Shown piece by piece: positions 38,901 through 48,000 of a stretch of DNA of 52,668 nucleotides. The stretch's first letter is position 1; the number at the start of each line of letters is the position of its first letter. This DNA comes from an uncultured Solibacteraceae bacterium. GTDB lineage: Bacteria; Acidobacteriota; Terriglobia; 20CM-2-55-15. The stretch covers positions 1 to 52,668 of the forward strand of contig CAZOZZ010000006.1 in NCBI GenBank assembly GCA_964584435.1, written 5' to 3'. The notes below the pieces were generated by a model. The model did not search any database, was not told where the DNA came from, and worked only from the letters and a program-made list of their open reading frames with translations. A program made the translations under genes and the position numbers.

Positions 38901-39029
38901 GTCGATAGACGCGACGAACTGTTCCATCTCGAAACCGGGCTTTGGGGTCGCCCGAACACAGGCGAGGACTTCCACCTGAAATGGTGAGAGCGAATAAATC
39001 GCCTCGATGTCTTGACGGATGCCGCTCAT
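23961..39029 (-). CDS. hybrid NRPS-PKS, modules 3-5 plus one PKS module: C*-C-A*-T-C-A-T-KS-AT-KR-ACP-C-A-T (5,022 aa)
   Basis: aa 1-348: shortened C-like domain (DIEAIYSLSPFQ; YHRALLDRW in place of HHxxxDG). C (SFSQQRLWFLDQ; HHIITDGWS, HH 501-502). Divergent A (aa about 820-1331). T (LGGHS, Ser1381). C (HHIVSDAWS). A (DFWNIGMVHK). T (Ser2445). KS (GTACSSS Cys2677, EAHGTGT, NIGH). AT (GHSLGE Ser3124; VAAHS). KR (ITGGTGGVG aa about 3604; Ser3737/Tyr3750). ACP (RGDSL, Ser3897). C (HHIVADGWS). A (DILQLGVIWK). T (GGHS, Ser4949). My residue count closes exactly on 5,022. Confidence 0.97.
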   Translation of the reverse strand: MSGIRQDIEAIYSLSPFQVEVLACVRATPKPGFEMEQFVASIDGAIDIALLRQSVEHLFRTQAVLRTSLLCQEEEAPVQIVSRVSLGAIVSTDIAALPDFLKRDASQPFELGTAPLVRFCLLQPPTGPMRLVVTYHRALLDRWAVFLLLRNLISSYDRLFAERTVDTGAVNHYRQVLLASKSHIEAHVQPHHAASSLRGFRRTDVTLPDTSVEVLRTEAFRHKSGLVGMFRDLWASVSGDSSFGLVIPGRPPSVAGSESVLGLFANTGSDSSTVDSTLTLTGDWPALGRTAFALDPDAASYIDPNVDAPFRLVIDTATLRIQALYDETRIAPSEAQALLERLASEVASPSKHEPDRSEKIPRVERASDLPVSFSQQRLWFLDQLEPGSVAYHAQGALRLRGALDIGVLRAGLNELVRRHESLRTSFFSRDGELRQVIRGPFELPLLECDLENVSSDSWPGEIQAFATRINGEPFDLTEGPLLRVALIRLGASEHVLLLTIHHIITDGWSRGVFFEELGTLYEAILDGRPSPLPELALQYADYAVWQRKWLAGEAFDEGLGYWKTKLEGAPPLSVIPTDFPRLNGVEWEAGMAKRTLPRELSPAVQALTKREGVTFYMFLLAVLKLLVFRYSGQNDVVIGTPTANRDRQELEAVIGCFVNTLALRTDVSGNPSFLNLLARVRDTALGAFANQQFPFEKIVEALQPSRDLAYNPIFQIFLNVLNLRKADLELSGLEVSPYAVEELPNRFDITLYAQHEMGRIHFELVYNARLYRPESVERILDHMTLLIEQIVESPRIPIGEYSLIRPQDHRALPDVSVPLKAKQCGAIHELFMNRAVLHPDRLAVVGESGSWSYGELNEASTRLAYRLRQIGVQSGETVAIYAAPSASLVCAVLAVLKSGCAFSILDSDNLPQRLWSIAEIASPAAIIVLDEAGNTDEFEALASNQVVLEKLQGASAAEVTANLEPCPDGILPVAVSEEAFAYVAFTSGTTGGPLGVVGTHGPVTHFLEWHTRTFGLEAKDHFSLLSGIAHDPALRDLFTPLAIGASLHIPPVIAKGNGERLLAWLREEGITVAHLTPPLAQIIPPREAAAADLSALRFVFFGGDRLLYGDAQRLHAWAPGCSFVNFYGATETPQAMAWRLLRSPELDDGLSGAPVPLGHPIDSVQLLLLNEQRRLAGVGELAEIWIRTPLLCEGYLDAEQLTRDRFQDCEPMANVRDRMYRSGDLGRYGADGSVEFVARVASHVKVRGFRVDPLEVEAAVEEHPEVRQCAVVVRDEDTETELVAFAVADASVHQVQAFLAERLPRYLLPSRIHIVETLPLTRNGKIDRAALEALGAKDDRSNEIVGPLDDVESRIAGMWTEVLNRAPIGAGDDFFLLGGHSLKAIQVANRIDREFGIPIGVRELFRFPRLRDLSNWVRAATPRRSTPITPAPVAELYLASHAQRRLWTLARLGASTAYNMQRLVLLEGELRVHCFEEALSDVIRRHEALRTTFVAVDGGLWQRIHADLSVSLNHVDCRSELNPSQSALEWAAADTEAEFDLEAGPLLRVALLKVGDDRVVLCFNVHHIVSDAWSLGILIREFARFYEARARGDQTALSPLRIHYKDYAHWQAALLHEEKTIPDRDYWRTKLAGPLAVLDLPADFPRPPVKTYSGGREHFEYDSELATGLHALSRSANATLYMTLSAIVKFLLFRLSGQSDLTVGCPVSGRQHADLENQVGFYVNVLPLRDRVDGKMTFSGLLGSVRQTALDAYAHQDYPFDLLVSELDLVRDVSRSPLFEVAITLQNVEGSELSLPGLEILPFTDPKQTSKFDLNFVFEERAGSIEGYIEYSEALFSRARIRRMTGQLQHAANEVVRDPSQRCGAIEFVPPAESEIIQSANRTDSDYPSDSTIVSLFEERAALRAGSDAVIFEENRLSYDELNLRADLLARQVTVRLAGKPTNQRYVAVFIERSEQMPVVFLAILKAGAAYVPIDTSYPASRVRFILEDCGAALALSETAHLESLRGLFGGEVLDISPTVSESEDTVLPHVSSDDVAYVIYTSGSTGQPKGCAVTHRNVVRLMKNEHFPFDFNETDTWIVAHSFAFDFSVWELYGALLYGGRAVIASRSAARNPAALRELIREHRVTVLNQTPAAFYGMIEVERGVSEHDLEQSLRYVIFGGDRLSPEELRDWVSIYPLEQVRLINMYGITETTVHVTYGPLCQEHIQGGGSISPIGVPLPETRVYVCDDEMNLQPVGVTGELFVGGTGVCRGYLNRPDLNAERFISSPFEAGERLYRTGDLGRWLSDGSLEYVGRNDRQVQIRGHRVELGEVQSALASSSAVREAVVTLWQPSDDLRDVDKRIVAYVVLEPGAPEEWKREVSAHLKATLPDYMVPSRIVDIPSVPLTGNGKTNYATLPSPDSSPPSSHANLVAREEPLAAIWRGVLRRSDVGPDDNFFDLGGHSLLLIEVHRQLQILYEREIALVDLFSYPTIGALAQFLETDESQPGPIVTAAEVRPLEARTMDVAVIGMAGRFPGASNTEEFWSNLKNGVESVRDLSDEELLAAGVSESLIRNPRYVKSKPLLDSIEYFDAEFFGIPDREAAVMDPQHRLFLECAWEALENAGYVPEQYDGRIGVYAGASLNSYLLNNLYSNQDLIESIGVYPVLIGNERDFIATRVCYKLNLTGPGVAVGTACSSSMVAVQLACQALLNSQCSIALAGGVSVKVPQVEGYLYDEGGILSPDGHCRAFDASARGTVSGSGAGIVVLKRLSEALHDGDHIAAVIKGIAVSNDGSAKVGYTAPSVGGQAAAIADAQSLAGVDPDTISLVEAHGTGTSLGDPIELAALTGVFGAGTARTGYCAIGSVKTNIGHLDAAAGVAGLIKTVLSLDRKQIPPSLNFVSPNPAVDFKNSPFFVNCKLRDWDASDSPRRAAVSSFGLGGTNAHAVLEEAPYRPVGVAARTYQLLPLSAPSGDQLEEVAGHLSNHLAARPNSGLGDVAYTLATGRRVFEHRRIVVSPDVSHASGALANTHSPHSFAAAARSGTSVAFLFPGGGAQYINMGRDLYNSEPYFREQVDHCCDVLASELGGSFRSVMYPPAGEETAAAAKLLSPSLGLPALFITEYSLAKLLMSWGIQPGAMIGHSLGEYAAACLAEVLDLKDALRIVAFRGRLFEKVAPGAMLSVQLVEERVRTLLDDSCDIAAVNLPGSCVISGTTEAIENARALFESHGVESHRLHISVAAHSRLVEPILRSFREFLETLTLGVPQIPFLSNTTGTWITDREAQDPAYWTNQLRQTVRFAEGVRSLFDDPLRVLVEVGPGSALTSVVRQHPHMSGGQSVFPTLPHALEEGQSSVATVLTGLGRLWIEGVPVDWKAFYSGQEPARVPLPGLSFNRKRLWIEPRRAGDDAGRGSTVKRAHVDDWFYTSAWRRAMPPVTEADSTRSWLILSDGGAVASGLAERLGREGHEVDLVEHPDVASLLADRAKSGCLPDRIIDFSGSAVRLNRIATAWKDLAPNRPILITEITCCAHDVTGDEAIDPLQGAVRGPVVVIGQENAYITCRSIDVGPEVAGEPRLTELLGNEILSSQPDMFVAFRHAHRWTLAHEPLRIPVGAGRLRKHGVYLITGGTGGVGAILARYLARTQRARLVLFSRHAETSGVGLAEEIERLGGEALLLSGDVSRPDDVFAAVQRTRTRYGDFDGVIHAAGTTSGSSIFTPFEELEESHFVEQSEPKLGGARALAKALEGVDLDFVLLISSNATVLGGLGLAAYAAANCAMDAFALVQNRRGVTRWITSAWDGWPTLRRERIDSSQATAMDRMEMTLEESEMAFSIVVGAPTGGVVVSSHDLFSRLDRWKDVSENRTGDKTEQSGQQDEPGTQAPQDGSIEGRLVALWKEMLGTEHIGNQESFFELRGDSLLGSRMITRLNSMFGSTLPLKSLFESPTILGLAQKIRGETESVGSRIPRAPDQDRYTLSRAQRRLWLLCQFEEGSRAYHIPLVVRLDGDLDRAALARAFTTIIGRHESLRTRFVSNGEDPVQEVLSDISWEMPFSDLSSADDAESASVCEAKRFSGLPFALDRAPLMRAQLIRLAPKRHELHLVLHHIVADGWSLSILSRELRVAYNAFRGGTSPDLPSLRLQYRDFSYWQNRFLESDEASRSASYWDRQLAGELPVLDLPADFPRPSTPSFEGDMLTLALGSNFRARIEAFATAHRATPFMALYSVLVVLLHRYSGSMDVVVGTPVAGRSHPDLEDQIGFYLNTIVLRSRIDPDVSFAEFLRQVRATCLDAYENESHPFDDVVDRDTSTRDLSHSPLFDVLISLQNAGAVDLKLDGIAVEAVAIPNKTAKYDLSFDFAAEGDDLLLGLRYRTDLFSRERIERMAAHFFELADHAITNPEVACGKLNIVPGTERSKLMTSFQGATLPLANEVTLLDLLEEHVRKTPHNAAVSFEDRTWTYQEVDSRSTEIAAYLMSRSEAAETVAAVCLERSMDLLAALLGILKAGFAYVPIDPAYPDHRCIQMLQDSGASVVLVDADTEGRVEELIGSEETKSRILPLHKSIETDNPRPLPKVGASQLAYVLYTSGSTGVPKGVEVEHGALANLLLSFKEMIGMTDKDAFLSLTTVSFDIAGLELYLPLISGGLTVIASSAMAVDGEAIGKRLARGDITLMQGTPSTWRMLLAAGWKGSPELTILCGGEALHRGLASSLFARCGRFWNVYGPTESTIWSTACRIDSNHVAEGAPPVVSIGKAIHNTSVYVLDRWLQPSALGVPGELFIGGVGLARGYRGQKMRTRERFITDGDGRRLYRTGDVVRFDSTGLLEFLGRTDHQVKVRGHRVETGEVEAALCRHESVQEAAVVCVSNDEGETALAAYIVAFGTVEASALRSHLKMLLPAYMTPSAFVTLDALPLAANGKVDRSALPEPSAFSSEAAFEEPRDAMEVAIGTVWEQVLDVRPISIHDDFFRSGGHSLAATRAVFRLQKELNVPVTMMELFRNPTIASLASLLRARPRSTEIATAASGSSDHADPVSLTPDELELLRFDE
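27225..31520 (-). other. KS-AT-KR-ACP PKS module embedded in the 5,022-aa protein
   Basis: KS Cys codon verified at 30999-31001 (gca on the plus strand). See the parent CDS for the AT, KR and ACP motifs. Confidence 0.9.
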
Positions 39030-42000
39030 CCTTCAGATCCGCTCCCTCTGTCAGGGCCGATCGACTGCAAGACACGCCGCAATCCAACCTCACTCAAATC
39101 GGTTTCCGGTTCTAAAGCGGACTCGGTAACAGGCTGACACAGTTCCCGGAGCGAAGACTCAAAGGAATTCGCCAAAGCCTGAATGGTTTCGTCCCGATAC
39201 ATAGCGGAGCTAAAGGCAAAGTCCACCAGGAGACGACCGTCTAGAATCCACGAGTTGATTTCGATACGATGAGAAGAGCGATTCGCGAGGCTCCGCTCAT
39301 GCGCCCTATCGCCTTCATCGATGCCGACAACCAGACTTCCCCCGGCCACTTGATCGAACTGTCCAAGATAATTGAACAGGATTTCGGTTCGCGCGACGCC
39401 CAACTCTTTCCGGACAGCCGGATCGTCGCCGAGGTACTTCAAGACGGAAAAGCCAAGTCCGTGCCGCGGTACCCGACTCCGTGTCTCTTGTATCTCGCGG
39501 ATGGTTTCCCCAAGCGGGCGCCCTCCGTGAATCTTTAGAAGAAACGGATAGATGCTGGTGAACCAGCCAATCGTTCGCGTCGGGTCGACGCGGCCCAACG
39601 TCTCACGCCCGTGAGCTTCGAGATCGACCAAAAGCTTACAATCTCCAAGCCAGACCGCGAGTGCCTGAGTCAGACACCCAAGCAACGCATCGTCCATTCT
39701 GATACGCCCCGACTTTGAGAGGCTCCCTAGAACCAGCTTCGTCGGATCTCGGTCCAGAGCGAGGGTGGCATGTGCCTCGGTCGCAACGGTATTGCTGTCA
39801 GGTGAGGCATTCAGGTCGAGCGGCAAGGAGGCCGTTTTGACGGTGACGATCTCCCGCCAATATGGAAGCTCCTTGACGAAACCTCCGGACTGGACCTCGT
39901 GGTCGAGTTGGGCGATCCATGCTTCCACGGGATTTGTCGGCAACAGTAGGACCGGACTCCCACTTTGAAGTTGTTGGTAGGCGGTTTCGAGATCCTCCGT
40001 AAGAATGCGGCAGGACACGCCGTCCGAGATCAGGTGATGAAGCACCAACAGGAGCCGACCGGGGTTGCCTTCGGAAGATTCGAATAATGCGGCTCGAACC
40101 AGCGGAGGCTCGGAAAGGGTCAGGCTCTCTTGAAGTCGCCGCGCTATCGAGTCAAAAGAGGTAGACCCATCGGGGTACACTTCAAGGGGGATCGAACCAC
40201 CCTTAGGGTCGACATGGCGAATCCAGCCATCGGAATCCTTTTCGAACCAGGAACGCAGGGCGGGGTGATGTGCGGCAACACGATCCAGGGCCTGCCCGAG
40301 CAACTCGGACGAAGTGCCGGGAGCGATGTCCAGATGCAGGGACATATTGTGGTGATCCGGGTTGGGTTGATTCTGATCAAAGAACCACCGCTGCGCAGGA
40401 AGTAGTCGCGACTCCGACGCAACCGCAGCAATTTCGGGAGTTGAACCCGCAGAGACCGAGTCCGGCACGAGAGCTAACTCGGCAACGGTTGGGAAACGGT
40501 GCACATCGCGGATGCTGATTGGCAGGCCAGCGGCGCGGGCGCGCGAAACGACCTGCATGGCGATTATGGAATCCCCGCCCAACTCGAAAAAATTATCGAA
40601 AATACCAACCTGCCGCAGTCCAAGCACCTCCGCCCAGATGGAAGCCAGGCCGGATTCCACGGTGTCTCGGGGAGCGGCATACGCCTCGAGCACTTCGGCG
40701 GAACCGTCACGAGGCGTCGGCAAAGCCGCCCGATCGAGCTTTCCGTTCCGTGTCAGGGGAATCCGATCAATCGCCAAGAAGAAGGTCGGGACCATATGAC
40801 CCGGTAGTCGCCCTGCGCAGAACTCCCGTAACTCCGTGGTTGCAGCAGGGGAGGAACCATCACGGAATACGATGTAGGCGACCAGGTGGGTGTTCGCGTC
40901 GGAATCCTGTGTCTTTCGCGCGTTGACCACCACGTCTTCGATCTCGGAGTGCGCGCGAAGGGCTGCTTCAATTTCGCCGGGCTCGATGCGAAAGCCATGA
41001 AGTTTGAGTTGATTGTCCGCGCGACCCCGGTATTCGATGTCGCCATCGGGCAGCAATCGCGCAAGGTCGCCGGTGCGATAAAGCCGGTCTCCTGGCCGGA
41101 ACGGACTCGCAATGAAGCGCTCTCGCGTCAGTTCAGGACGGTTCAGGTATCCCCGGGCGACTCCAGCACCACCCACAAACACCTCGCCGACGACGCCCAT
41201 GGGACTTGGCATCAGTTCGGAAGTCAGAACGTAGAACGACAAATCTGGGATCGGCCTGCCGATCCGTCTGGATCCGATCAGCTTCGCATCCCCGGAGGTC
41301 AGAGGCCGATACGTCACATGCACCGTCGTCTCTGTGATGCCGTACATATTCACAAGCTCTGGCAAACGATCGCCATGACGCTCGAACCACGGACCCAGAG
41401 TTTCCAGGTCCAGGGCCTCACCCCCGAAAATGATCAGGCGCAACTTCGGATCACGCGACGAGTCCGCGTCGGCTCTCATAAACTCCCGGAATGCCGAAGG
41501 CGTCTGATTGAGCACGGTGACAGCTTCGTCACACACAAGCCGGTGGAAGGCGGACGCATCGCGCCGAATCCAGTAAGGTGCGATGACCAGCCTGCCGCCA
41601 TACGTCAAGGCACCGAAAATCTCCCAAACCGAGAAGTCGAACGCGCAAGAATGAAAAAGAGTCCAGACGTCCCGATTGTTAAACTCGAACGATGGCTGCG
41701 TTGCAGAAAACAGGCGTGCCAGCTGGCTGTGCTGAACCAGGACGCCCTTCGGTTTTCCAGTCGACCCCGACGTATAAATGACGTAGGCGAGACTCTCCGG
41801 TTGAAGCTTCGAAACCGGGTTCTCGGCGGAGCACCGCGTAATCTGCGGATCGTCCGCATCCAGAAGAATCGCCTCGAGAGCATCACGGTCACCCAGAAGC
41901 TCACCGACTCTGGACGTGGTAATCAAGATTGGCGCGCGGCAATCATCCAGTATCAGCGAGAGCCGCTCGACCGGATATGACGGATCGAGTGGCACGTATG

Positions 42001-45000
42001 CCGCGCCGGACTTCAGTACAGCGAGAATGCTGACGATCAAGTCCAGCGACGGATCGAGGCAAACCGCAACCATGCTCTCCGTCCCGATTCCTTTCGAGAG
42101 GAGATAATGCGCGAGTCGGTTCGCCTTGTCGTTCAACTCCCGGTACGTCAGTCGGTCTTTCTCACAAACGATGGCGATGCCTTCCGGACTTCGTTCCGCC
42201 CACTCTGCGATCACATCGGGTACCGAGGTGGAAACCGTGAAGTCTCGTTCGGCCTCGTGTAGCCGCAGCAGCCTCGCTTGCTCGCTTGGTGTCGACAGTG
42301 ACAACTTGCAGATCGGCTGGCTTGTGACGGTCGCGAGCGATTCGATGAGGTTTCCGTAGCTCGCCAGCAAACGCTCAGCGTCGTCGGATGAGTAGCGATC
42401 AATGCTGTAGTCGCAATCGAGGATCAGCTCTTCGCCGGTGTCGATCACGTTCAGCATCAATTCGAAATCTGAAAAGTGGACCGGATGCGGGAACAACCGA
42501 AGCGTCAGGTCTCCGGTGTCCGCCAGCTTTCCGGGCGTATCCAGGTTGAAGGTCGCCGATATCAACGGTGACCGGCTGAGGTCGCGGCGAGGATCGACAC
42601 TCTTGAGCAACGCGGCGAAGGGATAATCTGAATTCGTATACGCGTCGCCCAACACACGCCGAATGGTCGCGACATGTTCGGCAACCGTTGAATCGGGATC
42701 CACTTCGACGGGAACCGGCAGAATATGAGTGCAATAGCCAACAAGGGCGTCACTGTTCTCGAGACCTCGCCCAGCCACGGAAATACCGATCGATAACTCG
42801 CGCTGCCCCGTCAAGCCATGCATTAGAGCTGTGTAAACCGCATAGAGTCCAATGAACGGCGTGCACTTGAGTTCCGAACAGCAGGCGAACAAGTCTCTCC
42901 GCGCTGCGGACGATAGCGTCAACGTTGCCCGGCGGCTCTGGTAGGTTCGTTCCGCGGAGGGGATCGTGTCGGAAGGAAGGGCCAGGGGGGTCATTCGGCC
43001 GGAACATTTTTCCGTCCAGTAACGCTCCTGAGCTGCATAGGAGCTGGTTGCTGAAAACCGCTCCTGCCACTCGACATATTCCCGATATTGCATGGCCGGA
43101 CCGAGTTCCGGATTCAAGCCGCGACAGGCCAAAGAGTACAAGGAAAGCAGTTCCCCCATCATATTAGTCATGGACCATCCATCCGTAACGATATGGTGGG
43201 CTGTCATTACCAGGACGTGTTCATCGGCATCGAGACGAAGCAAGTCGCAATAGAACAGTGGGCCGGTGTCCAGCGCCATTGGGGTATGGTTCTTCTCTTC
43301 AAACCACCGCTCGATTGCCTGCTCTCTTTCCGAGCCGGCGACGGACGTAAAATCGACAATGCCAAGCTCTCTGGCCTCGTCTGGCAACACCCGCTGAAAT
43401 TCGCCCTGGAGATCGAATACGGTCCGAAGCGCTTCGTGGCGCTCGACAAGATGGCGCACGGACGCGTTGAGCTTCGCGCTGTCGATTGGGCCCCGTAACT
43501 TCAAGCTCAGGCCGGTTTGATAAGCGAGCGAGCCAGAAGGGTGTATCTGGGACATCAGCAGCAACTGACGCTGCGCTTCGGTTAGAGGAAAGGTGTCCTG
43601 CGGAGAAGACGAACCAGCCTGTGCGCCTGGAGCAATGAAACCGCCCGAGCGCAATTCGTCGATCGCAGACTCTGCGGAGCGTACGACGTGATCCAGGTCG
43701 TCTTCCGTGTGCGCCGTCGACAGGAAACATCCCCTCCACTCCCACACGTAAACGCCTTTTTCGATCAGGTGGTAAAAAAACAGGTCCAGGTTGCCGGTAA
43801 ACTGAATACGGAAAGCGGATCCAAAATTTACAGCGTGCAGCGGCGCGTTACGCTCGTCGAAAGCTCGATTCAGACGGACGGCCAGTTCCTCGGTGCGCCG
43901 ATTCAGGCCCTCTTGCAGTGCGGGCCCCTGCCGTTTCAACTCGTTCAGAGTCGCCACTGCCGCGACCATGGTCAGCGGATGCTGACAAAATGTTCCACCG
44001 AAGAACGTTCGTTCCGCACCGGGCAACGAATCATCCCCATAGTTCCAGGCTCCGCCGTCGATCCCATCGAGAAACTCCCGCTTCCCCGCGACCACTCCGA
44101 TCGGCATGCCTCCACCGATCACCTTCCCGTAAGTGACGATGTCCGCATCGATACCGAAATAGGCCTGCGCACCTCTTGGGTGCAGCCGGAAGCCGGAGAT
44201 CATCTCGTCGAAGATCAAAGCCACTCCACCGTCACGCGTGACGTTGCGTAAGTCGCGAAGAAACTCGACGGGCTGAAAATCGAGACTGAGGTTTTGGACG
44301 GGTTCTACCAGAACGGCGGCGATTTCGTCCTGGTGCTTGCGAATGTAGTCCAGCGCATCCGACGATCCATATTCGAGGACGATCGTTGCGGCAATAGACT
44401 CCGGTGGAATTCCGGGCGCCATGGCCTCGCTTGCCGGCACGCCCTCGATCTCGGCCGGCAGAACCAGCGTCTGGTCGGAATGGCCGTGATAGCTACCCGC
44501 GAACACGACCAGAAGCCGCCTCCTGGTGGACGTCCGGGCCAGGCGGATGGCGGCCATCACCGCTTCAGTTCCGGAGTTACAGAAAGACGCGCGCTCACTG
44601 CCGGTCAAATCACAAATGAGCGCTGCAGCCTCGCCCGCCAGTTCCGAGCGCGGGCCCAGGAGTATTTCCTGACCAGCATGCTCTCGAAAGGCATTCGTCA
44701 AGAACTCCGGGTGATGTCCGAACAGGGTGACGCCAAACCCATTGGTGATGTCGATGTATTCATTTCCGTCCAGGTCCCAGAACCGCGAACCTGCCGCACG
44801 AGCGCCGACGATAGGATAGAGAATCTCCTTGAGTGGAAGCCGGAATCCGACACTTGCCCGGCTGTCCGCCAAAACGTCACGGTATTGTGCAGCATGATGC
44901 TTGGACTTTGCCGTCCGCCTTGTATATCTCTTAATCAAGGCTGTAACGTGACGCTGTTGCTGTGGGGTGAACGATACGCCGAAACGATCGCCGCGGCTGG

Positions 45001-48000
45001 ACACATGTCGTGTCTTTCCCCTCTTCGAAGGTTTCGACGCCTGCGCCGCAGGAGCTTCCGCTACGGCCCGGGGCACCACAGCCTTGCCGTCAACTTCACG
45101 CAACATCTCAAGCTGCCGCCGCATGATCTCGAGTTGGTCGTTGACGATCTGATGAAGACTTCCGGCAGTTGCATCCGCAGGGATCATTGCGCCCGGAACA
45201 ACCGGCAAGTCGTCCGTGGACGGTGGAGTTGCCCGATCCAGCAGAAGATCCGCCTCGGGAGGAACTGTCTCGTCCGCAATGTGTCGCGCCAAGGCGCCCA
45301 CCTCGGACAATGCATCGAGCAGATCTGCAAGCTGGATCGTCAACCCGAATCGTTGCTTCACCAACCGATTAACCTTAATCAGTGCCAGTGAATCCAGACC
45401 GAGTTGGAAAAAGGAATCCGCACCGTTGATCTTCCCCTGCGGTATTCCAGACACCTCGGAAACGGTCTCGAGAACTCCCGCAAGCACTCGATTGAAGTGG
45501 TTATCGTCTTTCACCGTGATTGTCGATGCTGTAGGTGTTGGATTTGAAACGTCAGTTTGACCGGAAACGTCTGCTTCCGCAAGACGATGCCGCGCAATCC
45601 AGAAGCTCTCGCGCTCGAAGGGATAGGGAGGCAGCCGGACCCGCCTTCGCTGCTCGAATGCATAGAATCCGCTCCAGTCGACTGCGGCCCCGGAGACCCA
45701 AAGCCGCCCGAGCGTCTCCAGAAGCAGTTCGGAATCCGCCCGCTCAACCTGTGGATGGCGCAAGGAAGTCAGCACGAGCGGCGCTTCCGCCCCAGCGCAA
45801 TTCTGGATCGTCAACGTCGCAAGTGTCCGGCCAGGCCCAACTTCCAGAAGGATCCGGCTTGAATCTTGCGTCAGTGTCTGTATGGCCGTCGAAAAACGCA
45901 CGGGTTGCCGCATGTGACGGACCCAGTATGCAGGATCCATCGACTCCTCGGGCGTGATCCATGTTCCGGTCAGATTGGAAACCCAGGGAATCTGGGGCTG
46001 CGAAAACGAGAGGGCTTCCAGGAATCGGCTGAACTCGTCCAGAACCGATTCCACTTCCCGGGAGTGGGCGGGTGCAGAAAAATGAAGGTCGGCAAACTCC
46101 ACATCAGCGGAACTCAACTTCGACTTGAGATCGGAGATTTTGTCTGCCGGACCTGAAACCACGCACGATTCAGGAGCATTGACGGCAGCGAGCGAAAGCC
46201 CTTCATTCAGGTAAGGCGCCAAGTCGCCTTCGGACAGGCACACACTGAACATTCGCCCCTTCGGAAGTCCCTCAAGTAATCGTCCCCGCAGAACAACGAG
46301 TGACAGAGCATCGTCCAGACTGAAGACACCCGAAATGCAGGCAGCGACGTATTCACCGAGGCTGTGTCCGATCATAGCCGCTGGTCGAATTCCCCAGGAG
46401 ATCCACAACTGCGCCAGTGCGTACTCGGTAGTGAATAGTGCAGGTAGCAATAACGAAGCGGAATCCATGCAATCCCCAACTGTGCCGCTTCCGAAAATCA
46501 CGTCCCGGATGTCCACACCCAGAGGGGTCTCTAATTTTTCAGCACAAGAATCCAGATGCTGCCTGTACGCAGGCTCGGAACGATATAATCCCTCCCCCAT
46601 TCCGACGTATTGCGACCCTCCGCCGGGAAACAAAAAAGCTATACTCCGGGCTTCGGTCGCAATCTCGCCAACATCAGAGACCGGTTCGCGTTCCGAGGCG
46701 ACCGCCGAATCGGTCGCGTAGAGATAGAACTGCCGAGCTGAAAACTCCCGACGTCCGCATGCCAGAGTAAAAGCCGCGTCCTCCAACGAGACTTCGGCGT
46801 TCTCACGAAGAAATTTGACCAGCTCCGCGCCAGTCCGGGTTAACGCACTCGCGGTCTTTGCAGAAGCCACCAGCAGTTGATGAGGCCGTGTCGAAACGGT
46901 GACGGGTTCCGTTGCCGGAGCCTCTTCCAAGACCACGTGAGCGTTGGTTCCCCCAAGACCGAATGAGCTCACGGCAGCCCGCCGGGGCTGCCCCTGGGTC
47001 GCCCCCCACTCCGTAAGCCTCGTATTGACAAAGAAAGGTGTGCGGGCGAAGTCGATCTCCGGGTTAGGATCCTCAAAATGCAGGGTAGGTGGAATCTGCT
47101 TATGATGAAGCGACAGCGCCGCCTTGATCAGGCCGACCACGCCGGCCGCGGTGTCCAAATGCCCGATGTTGGATTTAACGGAGCCAATGGCACACCTGCG
47201 GACTCCATCGCCTCGGGCACCGCCATACGCCCGGCTTAGCGCCGCGACCTCCAGGGGGTCGCCAACCAAAGTGCCGGTTCCATGCGCCTCCACGTATCCG
47301 ATCGATCCCGGGTCGACCCCAGCAACGGATAAAGCTTCCAGAATGACCTGGGTTTGACCCTGCACACTCGGCGCGGTGAAACCCGCCTTCACATCTCCAT
47401 CATTGTTGACGGCGGAGCCACGAATGACGGCGTGAATGTGATCGCGGTCCGAGAGCGCCTCCGGTAGCCGCTTCAGCACGACGATCGCGACGCCGCTTCC
47501 AGCCGAAATTCCTCCTGCCTTCGCGTCAAAGGGGCGGCAGCGTCCGTCCTTCGATAGAATTCCTCCTTCGACGTACAAGAAGCCTTCATCCTGAGGAACG
47601 GGGATGCTGGCCCCGCCCGCGAGCGCAATTTCGCACTCGCCACTCAGAATGCTCTGGATGGCCAAATGAACGGCCACCATTGAAGTAGAGCATGCTGTGG
47701 CAACGGTGACACTTGGCCCCTCGAGTCCGAGCTTGTAGGAAACGCGACTTGCCAGAAAGTCCTTTTCGCTTGCCGTGAGGAGTTCGTGGTAATCGGTCTG
47801 CTGCATCAGCGCCGGATCGCTCGCGAGATTGTGCAGCAGGTATGTGTTCATGCCACAGCCGGCAAACACCGCGACGCGGTCGTGCGGACGGCCGTGAATG
47901 TAGCCGCAACCTTCCAGGGCATGCCACGACGATTCGAGAAACAGCCGCTGTTGCGGATCCATCAACTCCGCCTGCCGGGGCGTGTAGCCAAAGAATGCGG

